Origin: Planctomycetota bacterium
Lineage (GTDB): Bacteria; Planctomycetota; UBA1135; GCA-002686595
Direction: 5' to 3'
Length of the DNA: 32,000 nucleotides
Assembly: GCA_030746555.1 (NCBI GenBank)
Contig: JASLMK010000072.1
Location: forward strand, 12,257-44,256
Of the stretch, positions 1-8,455 are shown piece by piece; position 1 is the first letter of the stretch, and each line of letters starts with the position of its first letter. The notes under the pieces were generated by a model. The model did no database searches and was not told the origin of the DNA. It saw only the letters and a program-made list of their open reading frames with translations. Position numbers and translations under genes: made by a program.

Positions 1-1008
1 GTGGACCGCGCCGCTCGGCGGGTCCAGGCGCACCTCGGGGAAGCGCTTCATGGCCCGCAGGACCTGGCGCTCGCGATACAGGTCGGTGAGCCCCTCTTCG
101 AGGGCGTCGGGGTCGTCCACCCACTCCAACTCGTCGCAGGCGGGGTCCGTCGAGCCGATGATCAGCTGGCGCTCGCCGGCCTCCGGACGGAAGTACACGC
201 CGCCGTCGAGGTCCCCGACCACCGGAACGCACCCCGCGCCGGGGCGCGGGTTGGCCACGGCGTGCACCTCCCGGCGTAAGGGCCGATTCGCCAGGGGCAG
301 AGCGACGCCGGCCAGCTCGTTGAGCCTGGCCGACCAGGGACCGGCGGCGTTGACGACCACGTCCGCCCCGAGCGCCTCGCCGCCGGCCAGGACCACCTCG
401 AAGCGCGCGCCGCCGCCGCGGCGCACCTGGACGACCTCGGCGTTCAAGAGGAAGCGCACCCCCTCGCGCTCCCCGGCCAGCCGCAGGTTGTGGGTGGCCA
501 GGCCCGGCGAGACGACGTAGCCCCCGTCCTCCTCGAAGACGGCTCCCTCGATCCGCTCCGTGACCGGCGCGAGGAAGTCGGGATGGTCGACCGGGACCGG
601 CGGGCCGAAGCGAGCCGTCTCCAGGAACGGGAAGCGCTCCCCGACGGCGACGGCATCCAGGATCCGCGCCGGCACGCCGCAAGCCTTCATGTCCTCGACG
701 ATGGCTCGCACCGTCGCGTCGATCGCCGGGGGCAGGAGCAGGACACCGGGCCGTTCGAAGCGCGCCGGCTCCCCCTCGATCGGTCCCAGCCAGGCTCCCC
801 AGTCCGCCCACAGGTGAGCCGCCTCGTTGGCCAGACGCACCATCCCGGGCTGGCTGTAGAAGCGCCGCACGATCCCGCAGGAGGCCGAGGTCGATCCGTG
901 GCCGACCTCCCCATTGCGGTCCACCGCCACCACCTCCGCCCCGAGCTTCCTCAGCTCCCAGGCGATCGCACAGCCGAGCACCCCCGCTCCGATGACCACC
1001 GCACGCAT
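1..1008 (-). CDS. FAD-dependent oxidoreductase (DAO / sarcosine-oxidase-beta-like); N-terminal 336 codons, with the 3' end beyond base 1
   Basis: My own reverse-strand translation from the ATG at 1008-1006 gives MRAVVIGAGVLGCAIAWELRKLGAEVVAVDRNGEVGHGSTSASCGIVRRFY (GxGxxG FAD Rossmann motif), and later VVVNAAGPWS and FRPEAGERQLIIGSTDP. The frame stays open to base 1. It is probably absent from the supplied track because it has no stop codon in the window. Confidence 0.8.
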   Translation of the reverse strand, partial: MRAVVIGAGVLGCAIAWELRKLGAEVVAVDRNGEVGHGSTSASCGIVRRFYSQPGMVRLANEAAHLWADWGAWLGPIEGEPARFERPGVLLLPPAIDATVRAIVEDMKACGVPARILDAVAVGERFPFLETARFGPPVPVDHPDFLAPVTERIEGAVFEEDGGYVVSPGLATHNLRLAGEREGVRFLLNAEVVQVRRGGGARFEVVLAGGEALGADVVVNAAGPWSARLNELAGVALPLANRPLRREVHAVANPRPGAGCVPVVGDLDGGVYFRPEAGERQLIIGSTDPACDELEWVDDPDALEEGLTDLYRERQVLRAMKRFPEVRLDPPSGAVH

Positions 1009-1115
1009 GACGACGCCGCCGAAGGGTCCGGGTGGGGCGGGTGGCCGCTCCACGCCGGACTGCGGTCCGGGGGCGAAGGCGGAGTATAGAGCGTCGGCTG
1101 GCCCGGTCCACGGCA

Positions 1116-1137
1116 CCCGTGCGGAGCGCCGCACGGG
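1116..1137 (-). terminator. GC-rich hairpin downstream of the SGNH gene; possible factor-independent terminator without a U tract
   Basis: CCCGTGCGG-AGCG-CCGCACGGG forms a perfect 9-bp stem with a 4-nt loop, about 90 nt after the stop at 1224. No T tract follows on the minus strand, so this is weak. Confidence 0.25.
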
Positions 1138-1223
1138 CCCGTCGCGGCCCGCCATCACCGTTCCCTCCAGGCCGGTTTCCCACGGCTGGTCGCGCCGGGC
1201 TCCACGCGCCGACACCGCGGGGA

Positions 1224-3290
1224 TCAGCGCTCCGCGCGAGCGAACTCCAGAGCAAACCACGCCACGGCGAGCCGGCGGTGGTCGATGGAACCCGCGGTGT
1301 GGTCCGAGGGGGCCTGGTGGTAGGCGGGGATCAGCTCGATGCGGCAGGGCGAGGCTCGGCGCGCGGCGGCGGGGACGACGAGGGAGTAGGTGCCCAGGCC
1401 CTTGCCGAGGCGCACGGAGCCGACCTCGGTCCCGTCCACCACGACCCTCACCACCTGCTCGGGGCGTGAGGGGAACTCGTAGGGCGCCGCGTCGAAGGTC
1501 ATGCGTACGTCGCCGTCTCGAGGGAGCTCAGCCAAAAGCGCCGCGCGCTCCCCGAGGCTCCAGACGAAGCTCACCTTCCCCATGACCTCCGCCGCCGACC
1601 AACCGTGGAGCAGGAAGCGGCGCTCCCGGCCCGAGCCGAAGGCCAGGTGCAGGGGGAGCCCCTCCTCTTCCGCGGGCTCGACGGGGCCGGTGTCCGCAAC
1701 GGAGACCTCCGCCGCGGACGCGCCGCCCCCGGCCGGCGGCCCGGCGGGCTCCCCGAGCAGCTCCAGGAAGAAGGCAGCGAGCGCTTCCCCCACGACCGCA
1801 TTGCCGCGCGCATTGAAGTGCGTGTCGCGCAGGTGGTAGACGTGGCGCCGGCCGTCGGCGAGAGGCTCGACCGCGCGCAGGAGCGGCAGGAGGTCGAGGT
1901 GCGGCAGGTCCCGCGAGCGCAGCCACTCCACAGTCCGCCGCTGGGCGAGGTCGCGGTCGAGGGGCTGCTCGTTCAGCTCCTGGACCGCCTGCCACAACTC
2001 GTCCTCGACCTGGAACTCATCGGGGATCAGGACGAACGCCACCAGGACCTCGCCCGCCGCGGCGAGGATCGCGTCGAGCTCGGCGAAGAAGCGCCCGTGG
2101 AGGCCGCGGTGCGGGATGCAGATGCCCCAGGCGTTGCGGGCCTCGAGCTGGTGGAACAGCTCCTCCCCCATCGTGGGCCGCTCCTTGAGAGGATCCTCCA
2201 GCCAGGGATAGCGGCGGGTGAGCCCGACCCCGGAGGTCTCGACCGCCGCCAGGATGCCCGCCGAGAGCTCCGCCCGCTGCCGGATCCGCAGCCGGTGCCA
2301 GACGATCGGCAGGAGGTAGGCGTCCGCGTCGTGCCAGCGCGCGGGCCCCGCGGGGGAGGGTCCCGCCGCCAGGTCGTTGCCGACGTAGAGCTGAACGACG
2401 ATCAGGTCCGGCTCGTAGTCGAGGGCCTCGCCCGCCAACAGCTCCCGGTAGTCGGCGGGACCGATGCCGGGGAAGCCCATGTTGTAGATCTCCAGCCCGC
2501 TCGCCTCCTCGGCGACGGTCGTGAAGTGGTAGGGGTGCGGGACGACGCCGTAGCTGAACGAGTCGCCGATGCTCACCACCAGGGGACGGCGCGCCCCCGC
2601 GGCCGGGGCGAACTCGTCGTCGTAGTGCCCGGTCATGTTCACCGGGAACTGGAAGCGCACGTTCCCCGGCGCCTGGCGCTCGCTCTGCCGCCGGATCTGG
2701 GAGGGCGTGTCGCGCGTGACCAGGATCGGCGAGGGCCACAGGGCGGCGGTGACGCGCAGGGAGAGCTCCCCGAAGACGAGCAGGACCGTCGCGCACAAGA
2801 GCAGCCCCTCGGTGAGCCCGCGCACGCGCTTCGGCAGGAGCCGCCGCGCCAGGGGCAGGCACCAGATCCACAGGACCCAGGCGAAGTAGGCCGCGGCCAG
2901 TGCCAGATGAGCCGTCACCGGATGCCGGACCCGGAACGGGCCCTTGAAAGACTCGGCGGTGGACAACCAGAACGCCGAGCAGACCAGGAGGACCACGCCG
3001 AGGTAGACGAAGGCGCGCAGGCGCAGGGCGGCGTCGGGCTCCTCGCGCCGGCGCGCCGCGCACCAGACGCTGCGCGCCAGCTCGATCCCCCCGGCGCCCG
3101 CGGCCGCCACCGTGAACGCCCACAGGCCTTGGACCCCGACGCTTCCGATCCCCTTGCGGTCGACGAGGACCTCCAGCAGCACGCGCTGCCCGTCCACGAG
3201 GTCCGCCGCGTCCCAACAGGCCCGCATGCCCAGCCAGTGGAGCACGAGGAGCGCCAGGGGCCCCACCCACTTCACCCCACCACCTCGCAA
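1224..3290 (-). CDS. Membrane-anchored SGNH/GDSL-family hydrolase with an extra C-terminal domain of about 150 aa
   Basis: 688-aa ORF with a TTG start at 3290. The N-terminal ~200 aa contain several hydrophobic helices. SGNH blocks are present: VVSIGDSFSYG (block I Ser), YNMGFPGIG (block II Gly), VQLYVGNDL (block III Asn) and LRDTHFNARGN (block V Asp/His). The C-terminal part (HLAFGSGRERRFLLHGWSAAE...VSFVWSLGERAALL) looks like a beta-sandwich/CBM-type module. Confidence 0.8.
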   Translation of the reverse strand: MRGGGVKWVGPLALLVLHWLGMRACWDAADLVDGQRVLLEVLVDRKGIGSVGVQGLWAFTVAAAGAGGIELARSVWCAARRREEPDAALRLRAFVYLGVVLLVCSAFWLSTAESFKGPFRVRHPVTAHLALAAAYFAWVLWIWCLPLARRLLPKRVRGLTEGLLLCATVLLVFGELSLRVTAALWPSPILVTRDTPSQIRRQSERQAPGNVRFQFPVNMTGHYDDEFAPAAGARRPLVVSIGDSFSYGVVPHPYHFTTVAEEASGLEIYNMGFPGIGPADYRELLAGEALDYEPDLIVVQLYVGNDLAAGPSPAGPARWHDADAYLLPIVWHRLRIRQRAELSAGILAAVETSGVGLTRRYPWLEDPLKERPTMGEELFHQLEARNAWGICIPHRGLHGRFFAELDAILAAAGEVLVAFVLIPDEFQVEDELWQAVQELNEQPLDRDLAQRRTVEWLRSRDLPHLDLLPLLRAVEPLADGRRHVYHLRDTHFNARGNAVVGEALAAFFLELLGEPAGPPAGGGASAAEVSVADTGPVEPAEEEGLPLHLAFGSGRERRFLLHGWSAAEVMGKVSFVWSLGERAALLAELPRDGDVRMTFDAAPYEFPSRPEQVVRVVVDGTEVGSVRLGKGLGTYSLVVPAAARRASPCRIELIPAYHQAPSDHTAGSIDHRRLAVAWFALEFARAER

Positions 3291-3444
3291 GCAAAGCAGC
3301 CGGGTCGGGGGCGCCGAGCGGACGGGCCGGTCGGTACGGCGCGCGTCCCGCCCAGCCGGGCGAGCTCTCGGCCGCCCGCGGTCGGCGTGCGCCTCGAGAG
3401 AAGCTCGGGCGGTCGCCTGGATTCCCCGCTCACCGTGGGCGCCC

Positions 3445-4890
3445 TCAGTCGCCGGTGTAGCCGAGGGCCTCGAGCTGGTCGAGGGTCTCCTGCTTCACGC
3501 CCGTGGCCTGCTGTTGTTCGTGGCCCAGCTTCTCCACGACGTCGTGCCACTCCAGGGCGAACCGGGCCAGCCTCGCCGCCAACTCTGGGAGCTCGACGCT
3601 GAGGTCGGCCTGCTCCCGGGGGTCGGTCCGGTAGGAGAACAGCTCGACACGCCTGGTCTTGCGGCTCGTCAGCATGTGGTGGGTGTCGGTCGCGACGGCG
3701 ATCTGGCGCCCGTAGAAGGGCGACTCGGAGATGGCGACCTGCTCGCTCGCGGGGGCGGAGCCGTCGATCAGCGAGAGTAGGCTGGCCCCGTCGATGTCCT
3801 CCAGCGCGTCGAGCTCGAGGACCTCGAGGATCGTGGGGAGCACGTCGATCGACTCCACCACGGCCTCGACCGAGCCGCCCTCACGCTGGCCGGGGAGCTT
3901 CAGGACCAGGGGGATGCGCGAGACCGGCGTGAAGAGCTTGTCGTGCATGACCCCGCCGTGGTCGAAGAACTCCTCGCCGTGGTCGGACAGGAACACGATC
4001 AGCGCGTCGTCGTAGAGCCCGCGCTCCTTCAGGCCGTCGAGGAACTCCCCCAGCCAGGTGTCCACGTAGCGGATGCCGCCGTCGTAGAGACCTTCGACGT
4101 AGGCGAGCTGCTCCGCGCTCAACCGAGGAGGATCCTCGTCGTGGCGGCCCTCCCAGATGCGCAGCAGCTCCGGGCCGAGGAGCGCCCGGAACTCCGGGCT
4201 CGGCATGGCCTGCGGATCGACGAACATCGACCGGTACGGTTCGGGGGAGCTGTCGTAGGGCGTGTGGACGTCGTAGGTGTGGACGAGGAGGAAGAAGGGA
4301 TCGTCGTCGGCGAGCCGCGTGCCCAGCCACTCCTCGACCCGGGGACCGATCGCCGCGAGGCCCCCGGCCCGGTCATCGTAGACGTCGAACCCGCGCTCGA
4401 GCCCGTAGCCCGACCCCATGTAGCCACCGTCGACGAAGGCCGCGGTGTCGTAGCCGGCCTCGGAGAGCACCTCCGCCAGGGGCACGACGGCGTCGGGCAG
4501 GGCCGCCTTGTCGTCGATGCGGCCGTGGCGCGTGGGGTAGAGGCCCGTGAAGATCGAGGTCTGGGAGGGGACGGTGAACGGAGCCTGGGCGAAGGCCCAG
4601 GCGAAGGCGGTCGCCTCGGCGGCGAAGGCGTCGAAGCGCGGGCTCGTCTCCCGCTCGTAGCCGTAGTGGCCGAGGCGGTCGGCGCGCAGGGTGTCGACGT
4701 CGATGACGATCACCGGGTGGGCGGTGCCGAGCGCGCGGCGGGGCATCCACTCTTCGCGCATCGCGAAGGCGATGAGGGACAGGCCGGCTACACCGACCGC
4801 GACCGCCAGGAGTCCCTGCCGGCTCACGACGCGCCTCCGGCGCTGCCGGGGTGCCGTTGGATGGGCGAAATCGGCATCTCCACCGTCCAT
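3445..4890 (-). CDS. Sulfatase-superfamily (alkaline-phosphatase fold) hydrolase/transferase, N-terminally membrane anchored, lacking the C/S-x-P-x-R formylglycine motif
   Basis: Sulfatase-family blocks: VIVIDVDTLRADRLGHYGY, PFTVPSQTSIFTGLYPTRHG, FFLLVHTYDVHTPY and VFLSDHGEEF. I chose the start at ATG 4890 (MDGGDADF...RRRRVVSRQGLLAVAVGVAGLSLIAFA; Arg cluster plus TM helix) rather than the track start at 5055, whose extra 55 aa are Pro/Ala/Arg-rich. Confidence 0.85.
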   Translation of the reverse strand: MDGGDADFAHPTAPRQRRRRVVSRQGLLAVAVGVAGLSLIAFAMREEWMPRRALGTAHPVIVIDVDTLRADRLGHYGYERETSPRFDAFAAEATAFAWAFAQAPFTVPSQTSIFTGLYPTRHGRIDDKAALPDAVVPLAEVLSEAGYDTAAFVDGGYMGSGYGLERGFDVYDDRAGGLAAIGPRVEEWLGTRLADDDPFFLLVHTYDVHTPYDSSPEPYRSMFVDPQAMPSPEFRALLGPELLRIWEGRHDEDPPRLSAEQLAYVEGLYDGGIRYVDTWLGEFLDGLKERGLYDDALIVFLSDHGEEFFDHGGVMHDKLFTPVSRIPLVLKLPGQREGGSVEAVVESIDVLPTILEVLELDALEDIDGASLLSLIDGSAPASEQVAISESPFYGRQIAVATDTHHMLTSRKTRRVELFSYRTDPREQADLSVELPELAARLARFALEWHDVVEKLGHEQQQATGVKQETLDQLEALGYTGD

Positions 4891-4930
4891 CCTACCCCGC
4901 GGGAGACTCCGGGGAGCGCGCGGGTCGGCC

Positions 4931-5668
4931 TCAGTCCAGCCCGGCCCCCTTGGCGCGGTAGAAGGCGCCCACGTCGGCGCGGCGGGCGGCGGCGAAGAGG
5001 CGGGCGATGCCCCCGCTCCACGTGCGACCGGGCTTGCCGGCGGCCGCGTAGGCACGGGCCATGGCGCGGTCGTGGGCGGCGACCCCGGCGAGGACGTGCT
5101 CGTCGGTGGGATAGCGGCCCTCGGAGAGGACCGAGCCCAAGGGGAGGCGCGGTCGCCTCGGAGGCTCCTCCGCCGCCTCGCCGACGCACAGGCCGAAGAG
5201 CGCGAAGAGGTCGGAGGGCAGCTCCAGCAGGCGGTCGACTTCCTCCAGACGATTCCTCAGGCCCCCGATGAAGCAGACCCCCAACCCGGCGGCCTCGAAC
5301 CCCAGGGCGAGGTTCTGGGCGAACAGGGCGACGTCGATGACCGCCACCAGGAAGGCGTCGAAGTCGGGGCGGAACACGCTCCCGGCGCGCTCCACGACGA
5401 GGCGGTGGCGGCGCTGGTCCGCGCACAGGACGAAGAACGCGCCGGCCTCGCTGACCTGGCGCTGCCCGCCGCAGAGCTCCGCCAGACGCTCGCGCTCCGC
5501 CGAGTCCCGGACCCGGATCACGGAGTAGGCCTGGACGTGGCTCGAGGTCGCCGCGCACTGGGCCGCGGCGACGCAGCGCTCCACCAGACCCTCGTCGACC
5601 TCTCCGCCCGCGAAACGCCGAACGGTCCGGTGCGCCCCCAGCAGCTCGAACAGCTCCGTCTCTTCCAT
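4931..5668 (-). CDS. NADPH-dependent oxidoreductase / oxygen-insensitive nitroreductase (NfsA-like)
   Basis: This is the last 245 codons of the 1161-aa minus-strand track ORF, starting at ATG 5668. Sequence MEETELFELLGAHRTVRRFAGGEVDEGLVERCVAAAQCAATSSHVQAYSVIRV matches the nitroreductase-fold signature (R-R-F, SS..Q). The rest of that ORF is antisense to the next gene and is rejected. Confidence 0.85.
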   Translation of the reverse strand: MEETELFELLGAHRTVRRFAGGEVDEGLVERCVAAAQCAATSSHVQAYSVIRVRDSAERERLAELCGGQRQVSEAGAFFVLCADQRRHRLVVERAGSVFRPDFDAFLVAVIDVALFAQNLALGFEAAGLGVCFIGGLRNRLEEVDRLLELPSDLFALFGLCVGEAAEEPPRRPRLPLGSVLSEGRYPTDEHVLAGVAAHDRAMARAYAAAGKPGRTWSGGIARLFAAARRADVGAFYRAKGAGLD

Positions 5669-5758
5669 GGGGCCAGGATACGGTCGGACGGCGAGCGCCG
5701 CCGCTCTGCGCTCGGGTCCCGTGGACTCCCTCCGCCCCAGCGGATAGGTTCCGATCCG

Positions 5759-8455
5759 ATGGGCGACGCCATCCTCGACATGCGGAACACTCCCCAGGCG
5801 GCGGCGCTGATGGGCGGCAAGGGGTCCAGCCTGTACGAGCTGGCCCGCGGCGGGCAGCCGGTGCCGGCGTGGTTCTGCGTCAGCGCGCGGGTCTGCGCGG
5901 AGCGCCTCGCCCCTCTCGCCGAGCGCGCCGGCGCCCTCCTCGCTCGCCTCGATCCCGCGCGACCCCAAGGGGTGCGCACCGCGAGCGCGGAGCTCCTGGA
6001 GACCTCGGCGGCCCTGCCCCTGGCCGGGGAGGACCGGCGGGCGATCGAGGAGGCCCTCGGCGACCTGGATGGCGAGCGCTTCGCCGTGCGCTCCTCCGCC
6101 GTCGGGGAGGACGGGAGCGCCGACTCCTTCGCCGGGCAGCTCGAGACCTACCTCCACGTGCGCCGCGAGGATGTGGTCGAGCGCGTCACCGACTGCCAGG
6201 CCTCGGCCTTCACCGCGCGCGCCCTCGCCTACGGGAGGGAGCGCGGCCGCACGCCCGGTCCCGTGGCCGTCGTCGTCCAGGAGATGGTCGCCAGCCGCTC
6301 CGCCGGGGTCCTGTTCACGGCCAACCCCGCCGGGAGCCTCGACGAGCTGGTCGTCGTGGCCGCCTGGGGCCTGGGGGAAGGGGTGGTCGGCGACCTGGTC
6401 GAGTCGGACACCTACATCTACGACCGTCTCACCCGGGCCTGGTCCCGCTCCGTCGGCTCCAAGCGTTCTCGCGTGGTGCTCGACGAGGAAACGGGCACGG
6501 GCACCTGCGTGCGTCCCCTGCCCGAGTCCCTGAGGGAGGGGCCGGTCCTCGACGACGACCAGCTCGAGGCCCTGCGCACCGCGGCCGAGGCGATCGAGGC
6601 CCTCTGCGGCCCCGGCCAGGACGTCGAGTGGGCCTTCGACGAGCGGGGTCGGCTCGCGATCACCCAGAGCAGGCCGATCACGACCCTGCCGCGGGGCGAG
6701 CTGTCGATCTTCGACGCGAGCAACATCGTCGAGAGCTACCCGGGGATCACCTCGCCCCTGACCTTCTCCTACATCCTCGCCGCCTACGCGCGCGTCTTCC
6801 GCGACATGGCCCGCCGCCTGGGCGTGCCTCGCCGCGAGCTCGAGCACAACGACGACCTGTTCGAGAGCATGCTCGGGCACCTCGACGGGCGCGTGTACTA
6901 CAACCTCGGGAGCTGGTACCGCCTGTTCCTGCTGGTCCCCTTCACCGGCTCCTACCTCGGCGTCTGGGAGGAGATGCTCGGGATCCGCAACCCGCGGCCC
7001 GCCTCGGCCCGCGCGCGGCGCAGCGCCGTCTTGCGCGACCTGCCCCGGGCGGCCCGGGCGGCGGGGAGCTTCACCTGGAACCTGCTGCGCCTCACGCCCC
7101 GCATGGAGCGGCTGCGGCGGCGCTTCGCGGGGATCGAGCGGCGCTTTCGCCGCACCGACCTCGACGAGCTCGACACCGTCGCCCTCGCCCGCCTCTACCG
7201 CTCCCTCTCCCTGGAGCTGATGGACGGCTGGGACCTCACCCTGCTCAACGACGCCTACGCGATCATCGGCTCGGGCCTCGTGCGCGCCCAGCTCGAGCGT
7301 GCCGGGGCGGAGGCCGACGCCTTCGGGGCCCTGATGGCGGGCGAGGAGGACCTCGAGAGCGCCCGGCCCGCCCACAGCCTCGCACTCCTCGCGGACGCGG
7401 CCCGCGGGGACGAGGCGCTGCTCGAGGCGCTCGCCGCGGCGGCAGAGGCCGAGGACGCCGCCGTCGCCCGAGCCTTCCCCGACCATCCCGACTTCGCCCG
7501 CCGCTTCGAGGAGCACCTCGAGCGCTGGGGCGACCGCCACCTCGCCGAGCTGAAGCTCGAGTCCCCCAGCCTGCGCCGCCACCCGCGCCTGTTGGCCGGC
7601 CTCATCCTGCGCCAGGCGCGCGGCGGCCACGACGCGGCCCAGGCGGCGGCCCACCGCAAGCGCCTGCGGGAACGAGCCCGCGCCGAGTGCGCCCGGGCCT
7701 TCGCCGGCGCCCCCCACCGCCGGGCGCTCTTCGCCGTCGCCCTCCGCCTCGCCCGGCGCTCGGTGCGCTACCGCGAGAGCTCGCGCATGGACCGGGCGCG
7801 GGGCTTCGGCATGATGCGCGAGGTGTTTTGGGCCATGGCCGAGCGCCTCGTCGCCGAGGGCGCCCTCGAGGCCGCCGACGACGTGTTCCTGTTGACCGTC
7901 GACGAGCTCCTGGGCTTCGCCACCGGTAGCGGGGTCGACGCCGAGCTGCGCGCCATCGTGGAGCGCCGGCGGGCCGAGGCCGCGGCCCGCCCCGACGGTG
8001 GCCCGGCGCGCGAGCGCCTGCGCTTCCGCGGCACGGTGGGCGCACACCCCTCCGCGACCGGCGTTGCCTCCCGCACACAGCCTGCCGACGCTCCCGCCCC
8101 GGGCGACGCCGGCACGCTCGAGGGCACGGGCTGCTCCGCGGGCACGGTCACGGCCGAGGCGGTCGTCGTGCGCGATCCCTCCCAGGCCGCCGACACGGCC
8201 GGCAAGGTGCTCGTGGCGGAGATGACCGATCCCGGCTGGGTGTTCCTGATGATGTCCGCGGCGGGGCTGGTCGTCGAGCGCGGCAGCCTGCTCTCCCACA
8301 CCGCCATCATCGGCCGCGAGCTGGGGGTGCCGACCGTGGTCGGCGTGCCCGGCGCCTGCTCGCTCATCGGCGACGGCGACCGCGTCGAGCTCGACGGGCG
8401 CAGCGGCAGGGTGCACGTGTTCGCCCGCGCCCGCGACGAGGAGGCCGAGGGATGA
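5759..8455 (+). CDS. PEP-utilizing three-domain kinase (PpsA/PPDK N-terminal ATP-grasp + helical middle domain + C-terminal phospho-His swivel domain), rifampin-phosphotransferase-like architecture (copy 1)
   Basis: Starts at ATG 5759 (MGDAILDMRNTPQAAALMGGKGSSLYEL). ATP-grasp blocks: FAVRSSAVGEDGSADSFAGQLETYL, VAVVVQEMVASRSAGVLFTANP, WGLGEGVVGDLVESD and DVEWAFDERGRLAITQSRPIT. C-terminal mobile domain: GKVLVAEMTDPGWVFLMMSAAGLVVERGSLLSHTAIIGRELGVPTVVG (catalytic His in LSHTAI). An alternative start lies at 5780. Confidence 0.85.
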   Translation: MGDAILDMRNTPQAAALMGGKGSSLYELARGGQPVPAWFCVSARVCAERLAPLAERAGALLARLDPARPQGVRTASAELLETSAALPLAGEDRRAIEEALGDLDGERFAVRSSAVGEDGSADSFAGQLETYLHVRREDVVERVTDCQASAFTARALAYGRERGRTPGPVAVVVQEMVASRSAGVLFTANPAGSLDELVVVAAWGLGEGVVGDLVESDTYIYDRLTRAWSRSVGSKRSRVVLDEETGTGTCVRPLPESLREGPVLDDDQLEALRTAAEAIEALCGPGQDVEWAFDERGRLAITQSRPITTLPRGELSIFDASNIVESYPGITSPLTFSYILAAYARVFRDMARRLGVPRRELEHNDDLFESMLGHLDGRVYYNLGSWYRLFLLVPFTGSYLGVWEEMLGIRNPRPASARARRSAVLRDLPRAARAAGSFTWNLLRLTPRMERLRRRFAGIERRFRRTDLDELDTVALARLYRSLSLELMDGWDLTLLNDAYAIIGSGLVRAQLERAGAEADAFGALMAGEEDLESARPAHSLALLADAARGDEALLEALAAAAEAEDAAVARAFPDHPDFARRFEEHLERWGDRHLAELKLESPSLRRHPRLLAGLILRQARGGHDAAQAAAHRKRLRERARAECARAFAGAPHRRALFAVALRLARRSVRYRESSRMDRARGFGMMREVFWAMAERLVAEGALEAADDVFLLTVDELLGFATGSGVDAELRAIVERRRAEAAARPDGGPARERLRFRGTVGAHPSATGVASRTQPADAPAPGDAGTLEGTGCSAGTVTAEAVVVRDPSQAADTAGKVLVAEMTDPGWVFLMMSAAGLVVERGSLLSHTAIIGRELGVPTVVGVPGACSLIGDGDRVELDGRSGRVHVFARARDEEAEG

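Noticed and set aside
1605-3602. 665-aa plus-strand ORF, plus the 425-aa minus-strand alternative-frame ORF 2017..3294
   Set aside because: Both overlap the SGNH hydrolase gene, and only the 1224..3290 frame carries the SGNH blocks and TM helices. The others are Arg/Pro/Gly-rich.
4891-5055. N-terminal extensions offered by the track for several genes: 4891-5055, 19275-19943, 21905-22345, 24523-24585, 26762-26857, 28647-28757, 4691-5758, 8484-9401 and 9662-10519
   Set aside because: The extensions are Pro/Arg/Ala/Gly-rich, precede obvious signal peptides or conserved N-termini, and often overlap the neighbouring gene. I chose internal starts where the recognisable protein begins.
5669-8416. 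Upstream ~916 codons of the 1161-aa minus-strand ORF (4931..8416), lying antisense to PEP-utilizing kinase 1
   Set aside because: The translation is a low-complexity Arg/Gly/Ala/Pro/Asp string with no recognisable motif. The opposite strand encodes a protein with clear family blocks. Only the last 245 codons (4931-5668) look like a real nitroreductase. It is a typical stop-free antisense frame of high-GC DNA.
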